Origin: an uncultured Candidatus Saccharibacteria bacterium
GTDB taxonomy: Bacteria; Patescibacteriota; Minisyncoccia; UBA6257; XYB1-36-10
Direction: 5' to 3'
Assembly (NCBI GenBank): GCA_964362215.1
Contig: CAYIDJ010000001.1
Coordinates: forward strand, 13,151-77,150
DNA: 64,000 nucleotides
A program made the position numbers and the translations under genes. The notes under the pieces were generated by a model that did no database searches, was not told the origin of the DNA, and saw only the letters and a list, made by a program, of their open reading frames with translations. The stretch's first letter is position 1. Each line of letters opens with the position of its first letter. Below, in pieces: positions 1-7,573 of this stretch.

Positions 1-44
1 GCTACTTCCTCATCCGGCAAATTTTGGGCTTCTGATAAACTCAT
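1..44 (-). CDS. N-terminal fragment of an unidentified gene that continues beyond the window start (MSLSEAQNLPDEEV...)
   Basis: The reverse complement of 1-44 begins with ATG and stays open to the window edge. No homology is assignable. Confidence 0.25.
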   Translation of the reverse strand, partial: MSLSEAQNLPDEEV

Positions 45-215
45 TTAATAATACCTGGCCTACAGCTCTAATGTTACTGAATATTCACATAAAAACCACC
101 TCCAGTCAACCCAGTTAGAAAACACCTGACCACACTCCTATCTCCTAACGTTCTTTATTCTTTGTCTTCTAACAGGGTCAATACCCTTCTCTATTGCCAT
201 TCCCGTTCCTCTCCT

Positions 216-244
216 GTCATTCCTGCGGAGGCAGGAATCCAGTC
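216..244. repeat. Family-3 short hairpin repeat (GTCATTCC-stem-GNRA-like loop-stem-GGAATCCAGTY), copy 1 of 5
   Basis: gtcattcctgcggaggcaggaatccagtc. The same architecture recurs at 16596, 24616, 42824 and 63775, with compensatory changes in the stem. Confidence 0.7.
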
Positions 245-353
245 CTCTCCGTCATTCTGAATCCGCCTTTAGTGGATGAAGAATCTCGCCACCCCCTTGC
301 CCCCATTCCCTATATAACTTAAACTTCAAATAGACCCTTTCAGGAGGTGTGCT

Positions 354-563
354 ATGAAGAAAATCCGCCTATCAGAATTTATCGGAGCCGAAATCAAAGT
401 TGCCCTTGGGCCTGTCAACCGCTAGTACACCGGTGAAGAAGTAAATCACGACCCCACCCCCGACGAAGCTATGGAACACTTCGTAACGTCCGGCGGCGCC
501 GAGAGATTTACCACCGAGCACCGGCAAGAATTCACCGAAGAAATTTCCGACGTCACTCAATGA
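354..563 (+). other. Small ORF with a strong Shine-Dalgarno site, interrupted by an in-frame TAG at 423-425 (24 codons, then 45 codons to TGA)
   Basis: caggaggtgtgctATG: AGGAGG lies 7 nt upstream of ATG 354. The frame continues past TAG to TGA at 561-563, followed by a hairpin plus T-run terminator. Confidence 0.3.
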
Positions 564-573
564 CGTCGGCATA

Positions 574-612
574 AGAAGCGGCCCCCAACCGCTTCTTTTC
601 TTGTATTTTAAA
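574..612 (+). terminator. Rho-independent terminator (aagaagcgg-cccccaa-ccgcttctt followed by a T-run)
   Basis: A perfect 9-bp stem followed by ttcttgtatttt. Confidence 0.6.
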
Positions 613-810
613 AAAGTCCGACCAAAGGAGAAATCTCAATACTGTATTCTTATTATTAGAATAAAAGTTATCGTAAGATAACTACCTCACTATCCAACCT
701 CTCCCCTAAATGGAGTGAGGTCTAATCAAAGGAAACTTATTAACATACTCGAGCGCATAAAGGCGTGGTACAAATTAATATCTTAGTTATATGGCAAATA
801 ACACTGTTTA

Positions 811-918
811 GAAGCCAAGCTTTCTGTTTGCTGGACCGCGCGGAGCTCGACTGGAGCGAGTCAGAGGAATTTTTTAGCCAAAAAATATCCGTGTCCAGCC
901 AACAGGAAGGTTGGCTTC
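811..918. repeat. Family-1 structured repeat, copy 1 of 8, nested inside a degenerate Family-2-like element spanning ~730-960
   Basis: gaagccaagctttctgtttgctggACCGCGCGGAGCTCGACTGGAGCGAGTCAGAGGAATTTTTTAGCCAAAAAATATCCGTGTCcagccaacaggaaggttggcttc. The flanks (catactcgagcgc ... ggtagcgagagtatg) match the Family-2 ends. Confidence 0.75.
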
Positions 919-995
919 TTCTCGCCGCAAATAAACGTTGGTAGCGAGAGTATGTTGGCGAGGTGCCATTAAGGCCTCACTATACTTAATACTTC

Positions 996-1553
996 TCATT
1001 CATACCTCGGCCCCTCCTCCCCGACCCCCGCCCGCTTGTTCGCCGCTCGCGCCAGCGCGTAAAGAAGCGACGACAGCCGGTTCAAATATTTTCCCGTCTG
1101 CTCCCCAATTTTTATTTCCCCCGCCTCCGCCGCCGCTCTCACTCTCCTTTCCGCCCGCCTCGCCATTGTCCGCGCCACGTCCAGCATCGCCGAAAGCTCC
1201 GTTCCCCCCGCCACTAAAAATGTTTTAATCGGCGGCAATTCTTTTTCAATCCCGTCCGTAATCTCCTCCTCCCATCGCACCTTCTCCTCACTGATCGCCT
1301 TCTCCGCTCCCGCCACCTCCGCCTGCGCGATAAACAAATCCTCCTGCGCCTGTTGCAATATGTCGCGGAATCTCATCTGCCCGCCCGCCGCCGCAAACAT
1401 CTTCTCTTCCGCTTTAACCTTCACCAACCCCAAAAACGAGTTTATCTCATCCAGCGCCCCTAGCGCCTCCGCCACCGCCGACGCCTTAGACACCCTTCCC
1501 TCGCACCCAAACATTTTTGTCGTCCCGTCGTCCCCTTTTCGCGTATAAAGCAT
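996..1553 (-). CDS. ATP:cob(I)alamin adenosyltransferase, PduO type
   Basis: N-terminal MLYTRKGDDGTT motif and a helical-bundle length (185 aa) typical of PduO-type adenosyltransferases. Confidence 0.8.
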   Translation of the reverse strand: MLYTRKGDDGTTKMFGCEGRVSKASAVAEALGALDEINSFLGLVKVKAEEKMFAAAGGQMRFRDILQQAQEDLFIAQAEVAGAEKAISEEKVRWEEEITDGIEKELPPIKTFLVAGGTELSAMLDVARTMARRAERRVRAAAEAGEIKIGEQTGKYLNRLSSLLYALARAANKRAGVGEEGPRYE

Positions 1554-1593
1554 AAATTAAATAATACCCCTACTCCAAAATGTCCCCACCCGA

Positions 1594-1854
1594 TTATTCT
1601 TTATAAACCTCATGGTCTCCCACCGCCAATAAAACCGCCTCGCTTTTAGATACATAATCAAAAACAATCCTCGTCTTATAATTCACCGAAAAACTGTGTC
1701 GTCCCGCTAATCTCCCCTTAAGTTTGTGTACTTTAAGTTGTTTGTGGTTTCTCGCCTTTTTAAGCTGCTCAATCTTTTCCACCACCTCTTCCTGAAGCTC
1801 AGCTTCCAACAACTTAAACTGCCTTACAAAAGCCGGCTTAAAATAAACCTCCAT
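1594..1854 (-). CDS. Type II toxin, RelE/ParE (YoeB-like) family
   Basis: 86 aa. C-terminal GRLAGRHSFSVNYKTRIVFDY...LLAVGDHEVY matches the RelE/StbE fold signature, and a small antitoxin gene lies immediately upstream. Confidence 0.7.
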   Translation of the reverse strand: MEVYFKPAFVRQFKLLEAELQEEVVEKIEQLKKARNHKQLKVHKLKGRLAGRHSFSVNYKTRIVFDYVSKSEAVLLAVGDHEVYKE

Positions 1855-1859
1855 ATTAA

Positions 1860-2066
1860 TTAAAGTTTTTTAGCCAGCTTTCTTAAATCCCCCTTCAGGG
1901 TCGGCTCCTGCTCTGCCCTCAAAACTGCCTGCACCGCTTCTTCCTCCGCTAACAAAACCAACGCCTTCCTCACCACGTCCGCCTTATTTGCTCCATATCC
2001 TTTTTTCACCAGCATCTCTACTAATTCTTCCAGCTTAGGAGACACCGGCACCGATAACGTGCTCAT
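1860..2066 (-). CDS. Putative antitoxin partner of the RelE-like toxin
   Basis: 68-aa ORF ending 6 nt before the toxin start. It is small and helical (VRKALVLLAEEEAVQAVL). Confidence 0.5.
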   Translation of the reverse strand: MSTLSVPVSPKLEELVEMLVKKGYGANKADVVRKALVLLAEEEAVQAVLRAEQEPTLKGDLRKLAKKL

Positions 2067-2253
2067 AATAATTATGTTAAATTATAATACGATATTATCA
2101 TACCTCATCTGCTCTCCAGAATCAATAGTTTTACCCCCATTTTCCCCCCTTGACAAACACCCACCACCTGATATATATCTATTGTAGAACACTTGAAAGG
2201 AGGTGATTCTATTGAAGGTCGTAACCACCTATCCGAACGCGGCTTTTTACTTT

Positions 2254-2288
2254 CCCCAACAAAAATCCCCGCCAAACCAGCGCGGGGA
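2254..2288 (-). terminator. Rho-independent terminator T1 (tccccgcg-ctggtttgg-cgggga plus T-run, read on the minus strand)
   Basis: GC stem followed by TTTTTGTTGG on the minus strand, 27 nt downstream of the 2315..2707 gene. Near-identical copies lie at 2726 and 3265. Confidence 0.65.
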
Positions 2289-2314
2289 AATTTAATCCTT
2301 CTCTTCACTTAAAA

Positions 2315-2707
2315 CTAAACCTCTCCTTTCTCAAGTTTAAGTGCCTCACCCTTAAGTTTTTCACTTAACTCATCTTCTCCTTCCTGCCACGCTTGCTCGG
2401 CTGCATCTCTAAAAGCGTCTATTGCCGCCTCTCGTAATCCCGCATCACGATAAATTTCTGCCACCTCAACATTAAGCTCTAAAACGTCTTTGCTGTTCTT
2501 AACCTCTCCTTCCCGCCTATCTAAATATCTATGCAACAAAGATAAATCTTCTGGATTTTTTAGCAGGAATTCAACTACGTCTTTTTTGGATATTTCCCTC
2601 TCTTCTTTAGAAATTTCTTTTTCTTTAGAAGCCCCCTCCTCACCAGTATTTAAAGACGAATCCAGACTAGGTGGTTTTTCAAACATATTACATTTATTAT
2701 ATACCAC
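2315..2707 (-). CDS. Hypothetical acidic protein (130 aa)
   Basis: Open frame with coding-like composition. No recognisable motif. Flanked by copies of the same terminator. Confidence 0.45.
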   Translation of the reverse strand: MVYNKCNMFEKPPSLDSSLNTGEEGASKEKEISKEEREISKKDVVEFLLKNPEDLSLLHRYLDRREGEVKNSKDVLELNVEVAEIYRDAGLREAAIDAFRDAAEQAWQEGEDELSEKLKGEALKLEKGEV

Positions 2708-2725
2708 TTCCTCTAAATAATCAAT

Positions 2726-2757
2726 CCAACAAAAATCCCCGCCGAACTTCGCGGGGA
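2726..2757 (-). terminator. Rho-independent terminator T2 (same sequence family as T1 and T3)
   Basis: ccaacaaaaatccccgccgaacttcgcgggga, downstream of hicA on the minus strand. Confidence 0.6.
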
Positions 2758-2769
2758 AATAAAACTTGT

Positions 2770-2991
2770 TTATTTTAACAACTCTAAAAATTCCTCCACC
2801 GAAATACTCGCGTCTCTGATAATTTTTCTTATCAGCCCTCTGCTTATCGTTTTATAATTCGGTACCGTTACCGGCCTCCGACTCTCGTGATGTAAACGAA
2901 AATGGCTACCTCGTTGCCTCACCACTCGATAGCCAATTTTCTCCAACGACTTTACTAATTTTATTCCGGAAACAGCCGGCCAACTAGACAT
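2770..2991 (-). CDS. hicA: HicA-family toxin (mRNA interferase)
   Basis: ...GIKLVKSLEKIGYRVVRQRGSHFRLHH... is the canonical HicA (YcfA) core. Start chosen at the internal Met. The gene overlaps the upstream hicB by a few nucleotides. Confidence 0.75.
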   Translation of the reverse strand: MSSWPAVSGIKLVKSLEKIGYRVVRQRGSHFRLHHESRRPVTVPNYKTISRGLIRKIIRDASISVEEFLELLK

Positions 2992-2992
2992 A

Positions 2993-3214
2993 CTAAATGG
3001 AAACCGTATACAAGCCAACTTCTGAAGGATTGTATGACTTCAATATCTCCTTATTCTCTTTTTCTTCCAAACAAATACCTATTACCTCTTTAATGCCTGC
3101 TAACGCCTCGTCCAAACTCTTGCCTTGTGTATAACAACCCTTAAAAAGCGGGCACTCCACGACATAAGCGCCATCCTTATCTTTTTCCACTAAAATAGGA
3201 AATTTATTTTTCAT
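2993..3214 (-). CDS. hicB: HicB-family antitoxin
   Basis: MKNKFPILVEKDKDGAYVVECPLFKGCYTQGKSLDEALAGIKEVI matches the HicB/UPF0150 N-domain. The longer ORF start at 3319 would read through terminator T3, so the start is trimmed to 3214. Confidence 0.7.
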   Translation of the reverse strand: MKNKFPILVEKDKDGAYVVECPLFKGCYTQGKSLDEALAGIKEVIGICLEEKENKEILKSYNPSEVGLYTVSI

Positions 3215-3264
3215 CCCCATAAATATACCCGTTTCTCCCATAAAAATCAAGGGAATATATAAAA

Positions 3265-3302
3265 TCCCCCAACAAAAATCCCCGCCAAACCAGGTACGGG
3301 GA
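3265..3302 (-). terminator. Rho-independent terminator T3 (third copy of the same terminator sequence)
   Basis: cccccaacaaaaatccccgccaaaccaggtacgggga. It lies between the RHH gene and hicBA. Confidence 0.55.
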
Positions 3303-3455
3303 TTAAACCGTTTTTTCAATACCTCACCACTACCACATTAAACGACCACACTGCACCCGAGTTCGAAACAACGCCGCCTGCCGATTCAATCTTCGCTGCC
3401 TCTCCATAAACTCATCCAGCCACTCCAACCTCTCCCGCCTCCTATTTTGTATTTT

Positions 3456-3677
3456 TTATCTCCAGGCATTGCTGTGGGATACGCGCCGCTTATCAGACCT
3501 CAACCTGTCCGAAGCAATTTTTTCCCACCCCGCGTCTTCTTCAATCTCTATCGCCAAGCGCAACAACTCAGCCGCTTTTGTCGCCTCCGGCATGCTATCC
3601 CGCTTAGCTAAATTCTTTATTGCCTTTTCCATCGGCTCCGACACACTCACGTTTATCCTTTTTTTATCCGTAGACAT
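3456..3677 (-). CDS. Ribbon-helix-helix (CopG/RelB-like) antitoxin-type DNA-binding protein, with no adjacent toxin
   Basis: 73 aa. KRINVSVSEPMEKAIKNLAKRD is the typical RHH beta-strand/helix N-terminus. Confidence 0.5.
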   Translation of the reverse strand: MSTDKKRINVSVSEPMEKAIKNLAKRDSMPEATKAAELLRLAIEIEEDAGWEKIASDRLRSDKRRVSHSNAWR

Positions 3678-3776
3678 AAATAAAGTGTATCACCTCTGTC
3701 AAATCAACCTAGTTTTGAAATTTGAAAATTGTTTAGAAATTAGAGTTTAGGATTTAGAATTTGAAGCGAAGCGCCG

Positions 3777-3850
3777 TGGGTGCCTAGAGGGAATCGAACC
3801 CTCGCGACCAGCTCCACAAGCTGGAGTTCTACCATTAAACTATAGGCACC
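3777..3850 (-). tRNA. tRNA-His (anticodon GTG), with the extra 5' G(-1)
   Basis: GGTGCCTATAGTTTAATGGTAGAACTCCAGCTTGTGGAGCTGGTCGCGAGGGTTCGATTCCCTCTAGGCACCCA. Anticodon loop TTGTGGA. G-1 pairs with C73. Confidence 0.9.
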
Positions 3851-3985
3851 ATCTATCAAACCAATTATACTCTACCCCCTGCCTCACCTAGCCGTCAACT
3901 AAAATAAAATTGACAACAACCCATAAACAATAAATAATAAAATTAGAACATTTAAAATATACTTATAGAAATGAGGTGACTATTA

Positions 3986-4183
3986 ATGAAACAACCAAAG
4001 GAAAAAAAGAAAATCAGTATCACTCAAAAACAGTTAAAGCGCCTTAATAGAGAGCTACCGAATGGTATTCATGTTGTTTTCGGCACACTGCCTGTTACCG
4101 ATGAAGATGTAGAAATGGCTATCAAGTGCGGCAGCGAGAGCCTGGAATATGCAAAGAAAAAATATCCTGAAAAGTTCAAATAG
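3986..4183 (+). CDS. Small hypothetical protein (65 aa)
   Basis: Shine-Dalgarno-like gaaatgaggtga lies upstream of the ATG. Lys-rich. No homology recognised. Confidence 0.35.
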   Translation: MKQPKEKKKISITQKQLKRLNRELPNGIHVVFGTLPVTDEDVEMAIKCGSESLEYAKKKYPEKFK

Positions 4184-4699
4184 GATAAAAAAACCAACCA
4201 GTAAAGTAAGGAGAAGTTAAAATGTCAAAACCAAAAAACACGGAAAACAACGAGGTTAGCACCCAATCAACTCCAACTCCAAAAAAAACATCCTCGTGAT
4301 TACTCCCCCACACCACAGGAAAAAAAGCTTCTTCATAATTTATCCGAATAGGAAAAAAGGGGAGAAGAATCACTCGAAGAATGCATCGTCGGACTTCCCG
4401 TACGAAAACCATGGGAATAATACCGCTCAAAACTTATCACCCGGACGCCCCCAGCGTCCGTTTTTATTTTTACCAATACTCTTAACTTAAATATTTGACA
4501 ACCAATTAATTTACTGCTTAACTAAGCACAGTATAAAACTACGGAAAAGGAGTAATAAAATGGTAATCAAAGGAAAGAGACCGAGAAAGGCTGACCTCTT
4601 ACCAAAAAAAACCATCTTCGTCATCGTCCCAAAAAAACTGCCGGAAGATGACCAAAATAAAAAACTAGAAAGAAAAGTAATCCCCTTCCCCGGAAAAAA

Positions 4700-5569
4700 T
4701 TAATTCCGGGGATTTGTTTTTATTTTTTCTTCCTCTATTGTCTTCTCTACCGTCTCCCACACCTTATTATCCAAACGCGGACGTTTGGCTTGGCTCATCT
4801 CAATACCATCAAGTACCTTTTTGAAATAATCTTTCACCTCTCCATACACCCTCTTCACTTTCGCGTTATGAGAAACGTCCTTAAAGTATTCCGACTGTGA
4901 AACTATCATTTCTAACATCTGCCTCTTCAAATCGCCTATTTCCAAAATCTCTTCCTGTTTATTATCCCTTAACTTCCTTACTAACTCCGTAGTTATTGAC
5001 TTAAACGCCTCCACGTCCATCCCTAAAACTATCTTCGGTAAATCTCTTATTTCTCGCTTGTATTCCTCCGCGTACGATTCAAAATATTTAACCTTGCTTA
5101 ATCTTTCCTCTAAAGCATCCTCCTTAGTGCTCAAAACTTTTTTCTTCGCCGACTCCTCGCTTACTGTCACATCCACCGCCATCCTCCTCCACTCATTTTC
5201 CCCAACTGGAAATTCTATCACCAAATCCGCCCCGCCCCTCACGTCATCAAAATCACTCGTCAAATAGGTATATGTTTCTTCTCCCAACCAATTTGACTTT
5301 TCAATCTGGTCAAACATCATCCATTCCACCACGCTGGCTATCTGGTGTTTTTCTTTATCTCCGTATCTGCTCTTACTAAGCCTTAATGACTCCTTATCTC
5401 CCTTTATTACCAGTTCTCCATAAACATCATCAAAGTCTTCCATCCGTAGCTTTCCGTCTCTCACTATTTTTTCAAAATAATCATAAAGCCACTGTTCATC
5501 GCCACTTAACTCCCGCTCTGATTGAGTATATTTATTAAAAAGGGCTTCTCTTGGATTTGGTATCACCAT
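4700..5569 (-). CDS. Hypothetical protein (289 aa), acidic and helical
   Basis: Long ORF with coding-like composition, followed by a bidirectional hairpin terminator (ccccggaaaaaattaattccgggg) at ~4684-4735. Confidence 0.5.
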   Translation of the reverse strand: MVIPNPREALFNKYTQSERELSGDEQWLYDYFEKIVRDGKLRMEDFDDVYGELVIKGDKESLRLSKSRYGDKEKHQIASVVEWMMFDQIEKSNWLGEETYTYLTSDFDDVRGGADLVIEFPVGENEWRRMAVDVTVSEESAKKKVLSTKEDALEERLSKVKYFESYAEEYKREIRDLPKIVLGMDVEAFKSITTELVRKLRDNKQEEILEIGDLKRQMLEMIVSQSEYFKDVSHNAKVKRVYGEVKDYFKKVLDGIEMSQAKRPRLDNKVWETVEKTIEEEKIKTNPRN

Positions 5570-5733
5570 AGTATGTAAAAACTCGCCTTAGTTTGAAATT
5601 TATTTATAATTTGTTTCTTGCCTGCCCCGTGGTGGAGCTTTACGGGGCCTGCCCCGAGCGAAGTCGAGAGGCCTGCCCCGTGTCCGCCTTCGGCGGATCT
5701 ACGGGAGTTATTGGAGTTTATCGCTCCGCGATT

Positions 5734-5807
5734 GGTGCCGCGGGAGGGAATTGAACCCCCGACGCCAGCCTCTTCAGGGCTGCGCTCTACCACTGAGCTA
5801 CCGCGGC
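5734..5807 (-). tRNA. tRNA-Phe (anticodon GAA), CCA encoded
   Basis: GCCGCGGTAGCTCAGTGGTAGAGCGCAGCCCTGAAGAGGCTGGCGTCGGGGGTTCAATTCCCTCCCGCGGCACCA. Confidence 0.9.
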
Positions 5808-5963
5808 CTCATCTTATTTTAAAAACAAAAAAATACTCTCACCGGGCGCCCCTTCATATCACTGCTCGAACCCTGTCCGCCCACTGGCGGAACTGAGCTA
5901 CCGCGGCTTTTAAATTATCAACTGGTCTTCAGTTTATATAAAACCCCTTACTCTTTCAATATA

Positions 5964-6035
5964 AACCTTGTCGGGCCGCCGGGAATCGAACCCGGTCTAC
6001 ATGCTCCCAAAGCATACGTACTACCGGTATACTAC
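5964..6035 (-). tRNA. tRNA-Pro (anticodon TGG)
   Basis: CGGGCCGTAGTATACCGGTAGTACGTATGCTTTGGGAGCATGTAGACCGGGTTCGATTCCCGGCGGCCCGA. Anticodon loop TTTGGGA. Confidence 0.85.
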
Positions 6036-6112
6036 GGCCCGTACCTACTCCATCACCCTACCAGAAAAACAATTGCTTAACAAGTAAAAAAATGTCATAG
6101 TATATTAATTCT

Positions 6113-6184
6113 GTCCCCGTAGTTCAATGGATAGAACAAAGGACTTCTAATCCTTAGATCGAGGTTCGAATCCTCGCGGGGACA
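6113..6184 (+). tRNA. tRNA-Arg (anticodon TCT)
   Basis: GTCCCCGTAGTTCAATGGATAGAACAAAGGACTTCTAATCCTTAGATCGAGGTTCGAATCCTCGCGGGGACA. Confidence 0.9.
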
Positions 6185-6250
6185 CACTATTTCTAAATAA
6201 GATCCGCCTGCCTTTAGGCAGGCTACATTCACATCCAACTTCTTCCCTCA

Positions 6251-6446
6251 AGATGCGGATGTTGATTAATTAGTGTCTTAATAAATATGCCTTAAGCGCG
6301 CATCCGAGCCCGAGCGGGCATGGTTCCGCCGAAGAGGCGGAGAGCGAGGGCGAGGCGTAGTGAAAACTCTCGCTGGGAGTTTGAACGGTAGCGAAAGGCA
6401 TATTTATTAAGACACGCCTACCTCGCATATTCCATTCATCCGCATC
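6251..6446. repeat. Family-2 structured element, copy 1 (conserved core AAGCGCGCATCCGAGCCCGAGCGGGCA...GAGCGAGGGCGAGGCGTAG...ACGGTAGCGA inside covarying outer stems)
   Basis: Outer stem gtgtcttaataaatatgcct/aggcatatttattaagacac (6273-6415), plus a further outer pair agatgcggatg/catccgcatct. Homologous copies lie at 57997 and 58914. Confidence 0.75.
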
Positions 6447-6449
6447 TCC

Positions 6450-7061
6450 CTACTGCGCCGTCATGCTCTTCAACTTCTCAATCGCGTCTTGATACTGTTT
6501 ATTAAGGTCGTTTATCGCCGTCACCTCGTCGTTTATCTTTCCTATCACCGACCCTATTCTGTCCGGCGCCACCACCCCGCCGTCAAACTTGTTTTGTAAA
6601 ATTGACAGCAGTTCGTTCAAAAACCTTCCGTAGTTAAGAAGGCGGATAATAAGCGTCGTCTCATGGTTAATTGCCTTCAACGCCGTGTCCGTCGCCGCCC
6701 GCGGTGTTACCTCCGACAACACCTCCGCCATTTTCCGCAACTCCAGTGACAAATCATATGCCTTCTGTTGCAGCTCTCCCGTTCGCCGTATTTCCTCCCG
6801 CACCAACTCTATCGCCTCTCTCTGTCTCCCTTCCCGATCAAAATCATTTATTCGTCCTAAATTTCGCCCCGACTCCGCTGATAAATCCACTATCTGGCTG
6901 GCAATAATCGCTCCCGAACGATTTGCCTCTAAAAACTGGTCCGGCACGTGCGAATCCGTGGCTAAAACCAAAAACCACAGCAAATATACTGCCACCATTA
7001 CCACGGCAAAAACTGACCAAAAAACAGTTCTTTTTGAAATTCGGCTCAATGCGAATGCCAT
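6450..7061 (-). CDS. Hypothetical membrane-anchored protein (203 aa, N-terminal transmembrane helix, coiled-coil)
   Basis: N-terminal hydrophobic segment WSVFAVVMVAVYLLWFLVLA. No recognisable domain. Confidence 0.45.
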   Translation of the reverse strand: MAFALSRISKRTVFWSVFAVVMVAVYLLWFLVLATDSHVPDQFLEANRSGAIIASQIVDLSAESGRNLGRINDFDREGRQREAIELVREEIRRTGELQQKAYDLSLELRKMAEVLSEVTPRAATDTALKAINHETTLIIRLLNYGRFLNELLSILQNKFDGGVVAPDRIGSVIGKINDEVTAINDLNKQYQDAIEKLKSMTAQ

Positions 7062-7158
7062 AATTCCTTCTCTTTGAGATTAGCGCGACGCCGACAAATA
7101 ATCAATCTCCCCCCTACTTCCTACTTTACAGATTTTCAACTTTTAACTTTAAACTAAA

Positions 7159-7232
7159 CTGGAGCGGGTAGGGGGAATCGAACCCCCGGCAACAGGTTGG
7201 AAACCTGTGGTATTGCCACTATACGATACCCG
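7159..7232 (-). tRNA. tRNA-Gly (anticodon TCC), CCA encoded
   Basis: GCGGGTATCGTATAGTGGCAATACCACAGGTTTCCAACCTGTTGCCGGGGGTTCGATTCCCCCTACCCGCTCCA. Confidence 0.9.
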
Positions 7233-7462
7233 CGTATTTAAATTTCTACACTACTCTCGCAACGCTCGCTATCCAATAAACGTATCATACCGGTCAAAAC
7301 CGCATTTTAGCAAGCCCCTATCCTAAAAACAAACTATCCCCAACCCTTATTGGCGTAACTATTGGCCGCCATCTGATAAACAAGGTATAATGAAAACGTA
7401 ACCTTGGAAGTATTAAACGTAACCTCATAACTGCTAAATCTAATTTTCCGAAACCCCATCCA

Positions 7463-7491
7463 TTGACCTAAAGAAAATAATGTTTTAATAT
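7463..7491 (+). promoter_or_regulatory. Sigma-70-type promoter candidate, TTGACC-N17-TAATAT, upstream of the ECF sigma operon
   Basis: -35 TTGACC (7463-7468), 17-nt spacer, -10 TAATAT (7486-7491), ~85 nt upstream of the ATG at 7574. Confidence 0.45.
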
Positions 7492-7573
7492 AGTAATTAT
7501 TTAATAAGCCGCGTCAAGTTGCCGCCAACAGCCAAAAGTCCCTTTTTTACAGCATAAATCGGTAACTAAATAC

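Noticed and set aside
938-1228. Pro/Ala-rich 96-aa + strand ORF
   Set aside because: It is antisense to the well-supported PduO-type adenosyltransferase gene and has low-complexity composition.
2254-3302. Three identical hairpins as integron attC sites
   Set aside because: There is no integrase or attI nearby. The hairpins are short GC stems followed by T-runs on the transcribed strand, so they are better explained as intrinsic terminators.
5618-5896. 92-aa + strand ORF
   Set aside because: It overlaps tRNA-Phe and the tRNA-fragment region and is generated by GC-rich tRNA sequence.
6251-6446. Family-2 element as RNase P RNA, 6S RNA or a group II intron domain
   Set aside because: None of the universally conserved RNase P blocks (GGAAAGTCCGG, AGGGTGAAA-NGGTGCGGTAAGAGCGCACC) or intron domain V motifs are present. 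It is too short and multi-copy.
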